From NCBI GenBank assembly GCA_963666425.2, contig CAXXTX010000005.1:1-10219 (forward strand): a stretch of DNA of 10,219 nucleotides, written 5' to 3'. Below are positions 7,794-10,219 of this stretch, one piece after another (within the stretch, counting starts at the first letter, position 1; every line of letters starts with the position of its first letter). Position numbers and translations under genes: made by a program. The notes under the pieces were generated by a model that saw only the letters and a program-made list of their open reading frames with translations, was not told where the DNA came from and ran no database searches. Source of the DNA: Bacillota bacterium. GTDB lineage: Bacteria; Bacillota; JAAYKD01.

Positions 7794-8602
7794 ATGAGTG
7801 ACATCGTGAAAAAAGTCCAACAATATTATGATGAACATGTTGAAGCGGAGTGGAACCGTCTGGAGAGGCATCCATTCGAATTTGCGCTGACCATTCGGAT
7901 GTTGGATCAATACATCAAACCGGGTGAGAGTGTACTTGATATCGGCGGAGGTCCCGGCCGTTATGCGCTTTATTATGCAAAAAAAAGGCTGTCAGGTAAC
8001 GCTGGTTGATCTTTCGGCGGAAAATGTGAAGTTTGCACAGCAATTAGCAGCAGCTCAAAGCTTGAATCTCACAGCCTTAGCCGGAGATGCCAGATACGCC
8101 GACCGCTTGCTGCAGGGGCAGTTTCGATCATGTCTTGTTGATGGGACCGCTCTATCACTTGCCGCAGAAAGAGGATCGCATCCAAGCTGTCGAGGCAGCG
8201 CTGCGCTGTCTGAAGCCAGGCGGTAAGCTCTATGTATCATTTATCCAGCTGTATTCCGGAATTGTTGATTTCCTGAAATTTACACCGGAGTTAATCCTCA
8301 AACCGGAAGAAGAGTATTATCTTGATTGTGTCAGACAAAATCTGCCTTATACAGGCAATGCCTTTACGGAGGCTTATTTTTACACCATTGCCGAAATTGC
8401 GCCTTTTATGGCGCAGTTTCCACTGCAGCAATTGCATTTCTTTGCACAGGAGGGCATTCTTGCCGCCAATGAACTCACATTAAAAGATCTGCCGGAGGCA
8501 GTCATTCGCAAATGGTTGGAACTGGCGCATCAACTCTGCGAACGTGAAGAATTCCTGGGTATGGCGGAGCATCTGATGTATATTGGTCAGAAAAATCAGT
8601 AA
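7794..8602 (+). CDS. Class I SAM-dependent methyltransferase, with two +1 breaks (~7985, ~8123)
   Basis: RBS GAGGGG precedes ATG 7794. Motifs: YYDEHVEAEWNRL, VLDIGGGPGRYA, VTLVDLS, FDHVLLMGPLYHL, LKPGG and EHLMYIGQK. Confidence 0.92.
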
Positions 8603-8671
8603 TGACGAGCAGCCAAAACAAGAGGGTTCAGTCTGCAGTCCGATCATGATTGAAAAAATCAGGATAAGTGC

Positions 8672-8701
8672 TTGACCCCATACTGTGGTTGCGCGTATAA
8701 T
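8672..8701 (+). promoter_or_regulatory. Sigma-A/70 promoter for the PatB-like gene
   Basis: TTGACC (8672-8677), an 18-nt spacer, and TATAAT (8696-8701). Confidence 0.65.
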
Positions 8702-8742
8702 AAAGGTCAGGAAGCAAATCAATGGGTAAAGGGGATCGCAGC

Positions 8743-9942
8743 ATGAAGTATAATTTTGATGAAGTGATTGAACGGCGCGGGACTTATTCGATGAAGTGGG
8801 ACATGATGCCAATGATGTCCGCGATGATGAAGGGGAAATTTACCTTCGATGAAAATACCATTCCTCTACAGGTAGCGGATATGGATTTACCGACCGCCCA
8901 GCCGATTGTGGATGCGATGCATCGGGTGGCTGATTTCCGTATTTATGGTTATACTTCCGATTTGGCTGCTCCTGCCTATCGCGCAGCGGTTGTGCATTGG
9001 TTTAAAACCAGACACAATTGGGAGATCAATCCGGACCATATCCTCTACGCCAACGGCACGGTGGAAGCACTCAACGGCGCCATCAAAGCGTTCAGCAAGG
9101 AAGGCGACGGTATTATTCTTTGTCGTCCGGTTTACGGCCATTTTACCAGTGCCATTGAAGAGGACTGTCAGCGTAAGGTGGTCAGCAGCCAACTGATCAA
9201 TCAGAACGGCTATTACAGTATGGATTTTGCGGATATTGAAGCAAAATGCGCCGATCCCAAGAATAAGTGTTTTGTGCTTTGCTCACCGCACAACCCGGTC
9301 GGCCGCGTTTGGCAGCCGGAGGAATTGCGCACGCTGGCGGCAATCTGCAAAAAACACCAAGTGATTCTCATCTCCGATGAGGTACACTGCGATATCCTGC
9401 GCAAAGGCGTCCGACACTACCCTCTGGCTGCCGTTGTTGAAGATTTAAGCAATATCGTTGTGCTCAATGCCGTGAATAAAACCTTTAATCTGGCTGGTTT
9501 ATCCTGTTCCAATGCGGTCATTGCCGATGATACCCTGCGGGCAGCCTATAAAAAAGCCATGGGTATGCGTATGCCCACCCCCTTTGCGGTGGCAGCTTTA
9601 ATCGCAGCCTATACCGAGGGGGAGGAATGGCTCGATCAAGTCAATGCATATATCGATGGCAATATCGATGCGGTGCAAGCATTCTTACAAGAGAGAATGC
9701 CCAAAGTGAAGCTATGGCGCCCGGAGGGGACCTATTGCTTGTGGCTTGATTTCAGCGGCTATGGTCTCAGCCATGCGGAAATAGAAGACAGGATCTACGG
9801 CAAAGCCAATGTCATGCTGCAAAGCGGTCTGGTACACGATCCGGAGTTTGGCGCCGGTTTTGAACGGGTTTGTCTGCCGGCAGCACGCAGTGTCGTTATG
9901 GAAGCCTTTGAACGGATAGCCCAACAATTTGCCGATAACTAA
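8743..9942 (+). CDS. patB: MalY/PatB family PLP-dependent enzyme (cystathionine beta-lyase/C-S lyase-like; aminotransferase class I/II fold)
   Basis: RBS AAAGGGG precedes ATG 8743. Motifs: YNFDEVIERRGT, KWD, VADMD, YGY, CSPHNPVGRVW, SDEVHCD, PLP lysine in KTFNLAGL, and EGTYCLWLDF. No frameshift. Confidence 0.92.
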   Translation: MKYNFDEVIERRGTYSMKWDMMPMMSAMMKGKFTFDENTIPLQVADMDLPTAQPIVDAMHRVADFRIYGYTSDLAAPAYRAAVVHWFKTRHNWEINPDHILYANGTVEALNGAIKAFSKEGDGIILCRPVYGHFTSAIEEDCQRKVVSSQLINQNGYYSMDFADIEAKCADPKNKCFVLCSPHNPVGRVWQPEELRTLAAICKKHQVILISDEVHCDILRKGVRHYPLAAVVEDLSNIVVLNAVNKTFNLAGLSCSNAVIADDTLRAAYKKAMGMRMPTPFAVAALIAAYTEGEEWLDQVNAYIDGNIDAVQAFLQERMPKVKLWRPEGTYCLWLDFSGYGLSHAEIEDRIYGKANVMLQSGLVHDPEFGAGFERVCLPAARSVVMEAFERIAQQFADN

Positions 9943-10004
9943 ACGGCAGTGACTGTCCTTGCGCGGTGTAATCCGCAAAGAAAAGAGCAAACGATGAGAA
10001 GCAG

Positions 10005-10059
10005 AAATCTCTTGCCGGCAGCCATCAAAAACAGATCGGCTGCGGCAGGAGGTTTTTTT
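10005..10059 (+). terminator. Intrinsic terminator of the patB-like gene
   Basis: AAATCTCTTGCCGGCAGCC (10005-10023) pairs with GGCTGCGGCAGGAGGTTT (10038-10055), with one bulged G. T7 run at 10053-10059. Confidence 0.85.
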
Positions 10060-10125
10060 CTGGTTTAAAGCACAGCAAAACAGAGAAAAGGTAGAACCGC
10101 ACAACAGTGCAAGCGGCATTTTGGG

Positions 10126-10154
10126 TTGACAGATATTAACATCTCTGTTATACT
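10126..10154 (+). promoter_or_regulatory. Strong sigma-A/70 promoter for a unit beyond the window
   Basis: TTGACA (10126-10131), a 17-nt spacer, and an extended -10 TGtTATACT (TATACT 10149-10154). Confidence 0.8.
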
Positions 10155-10162
10155 AGAAAGTA

Positions 10163-10215
10163 ACAAAAGAGCGTTTTGCGGATTATAAGTGTAATTTGCG
10201 AAATGCTTTTTTTGT
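10163..10215 (+). other. Long G.U-rich hairpin immediately after the predicted transcription start
   Basis: GCGTTTTGCGGATTATA (10171-10187) is complementary to TGTAATTTGCGAAATGC (10190-10206) at all 17 positions if five G.U pairs are allowed. AAAAGA paired with the T7 run extends the stem. Confidence 0.6.
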
Positions 10216-10219
10216 GTAA

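Noticed and set aside
1-8602. Programmed frameshifting, phase variation or true pseudogenes
   Set aside because: There are several breaks per gene, in short runs of any base, all in the same direction, with no accompanying decay. Sequencing error is more parsimonious.
8722-8742. Upstream ATG 8722 as the patB start (as in the ORF track)
   Set aside because: The RBS AAAGGGG lies between the two ATGs, and family proteins typically begin MxYNFD, which favours ATG 8743.
96-10119. Minus-strand and alternate-frame ORFs in the ORF track (e.g. 826-1182, 2749-3174, 4319-4714, 6917-7294, 9712-10119)
   Set aside because: They overlap well-supported + strand genes or terminators and carry no recognisable motifs, so they are shadow ORFs.

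Overview
All credible genes lie on the + strand, and the window looks like an anaerobic Firmicute (Clostridia-like; sigma-A promoters, AGGAGG-type RBSs). Left block (1-4855): the 3' part of a YtcJ-like amidohydrolase, then a GlcD/D-lactate-dehydrogenase-type FAD oxidoreductase coupled to etfB and a ferredoxin-fused etfA, probably an electron-bifurcating module. Middle block (4872-8602): a strong promoter with an overlapping palindrome, a ~330-nt leader, and five tightly packed small-molecule-modifying genes (nitroreductase, VOC/glyoxalase, SAM methyltransferase, GNAT, SAM methyltransferase). The leader contains a short Phe-rich uORF and mutually exclusive antiterminator/terminator hairpins. 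Right block: a separately promoted MalY/PatB PLP enzyme, its terminator, and a new promoter followed by a G.U-rich hairpin at the window edge. I traced 19 frame breaks by hand (a few rest on inferred C-termini). All are +1 and nearly all sit in homopolymer runs, so they are most likely sequencing insertions and the genes are probably intact. The best candidate for an undescribed system is the ribosome-coupled attenuator controlling the five-gene operon.
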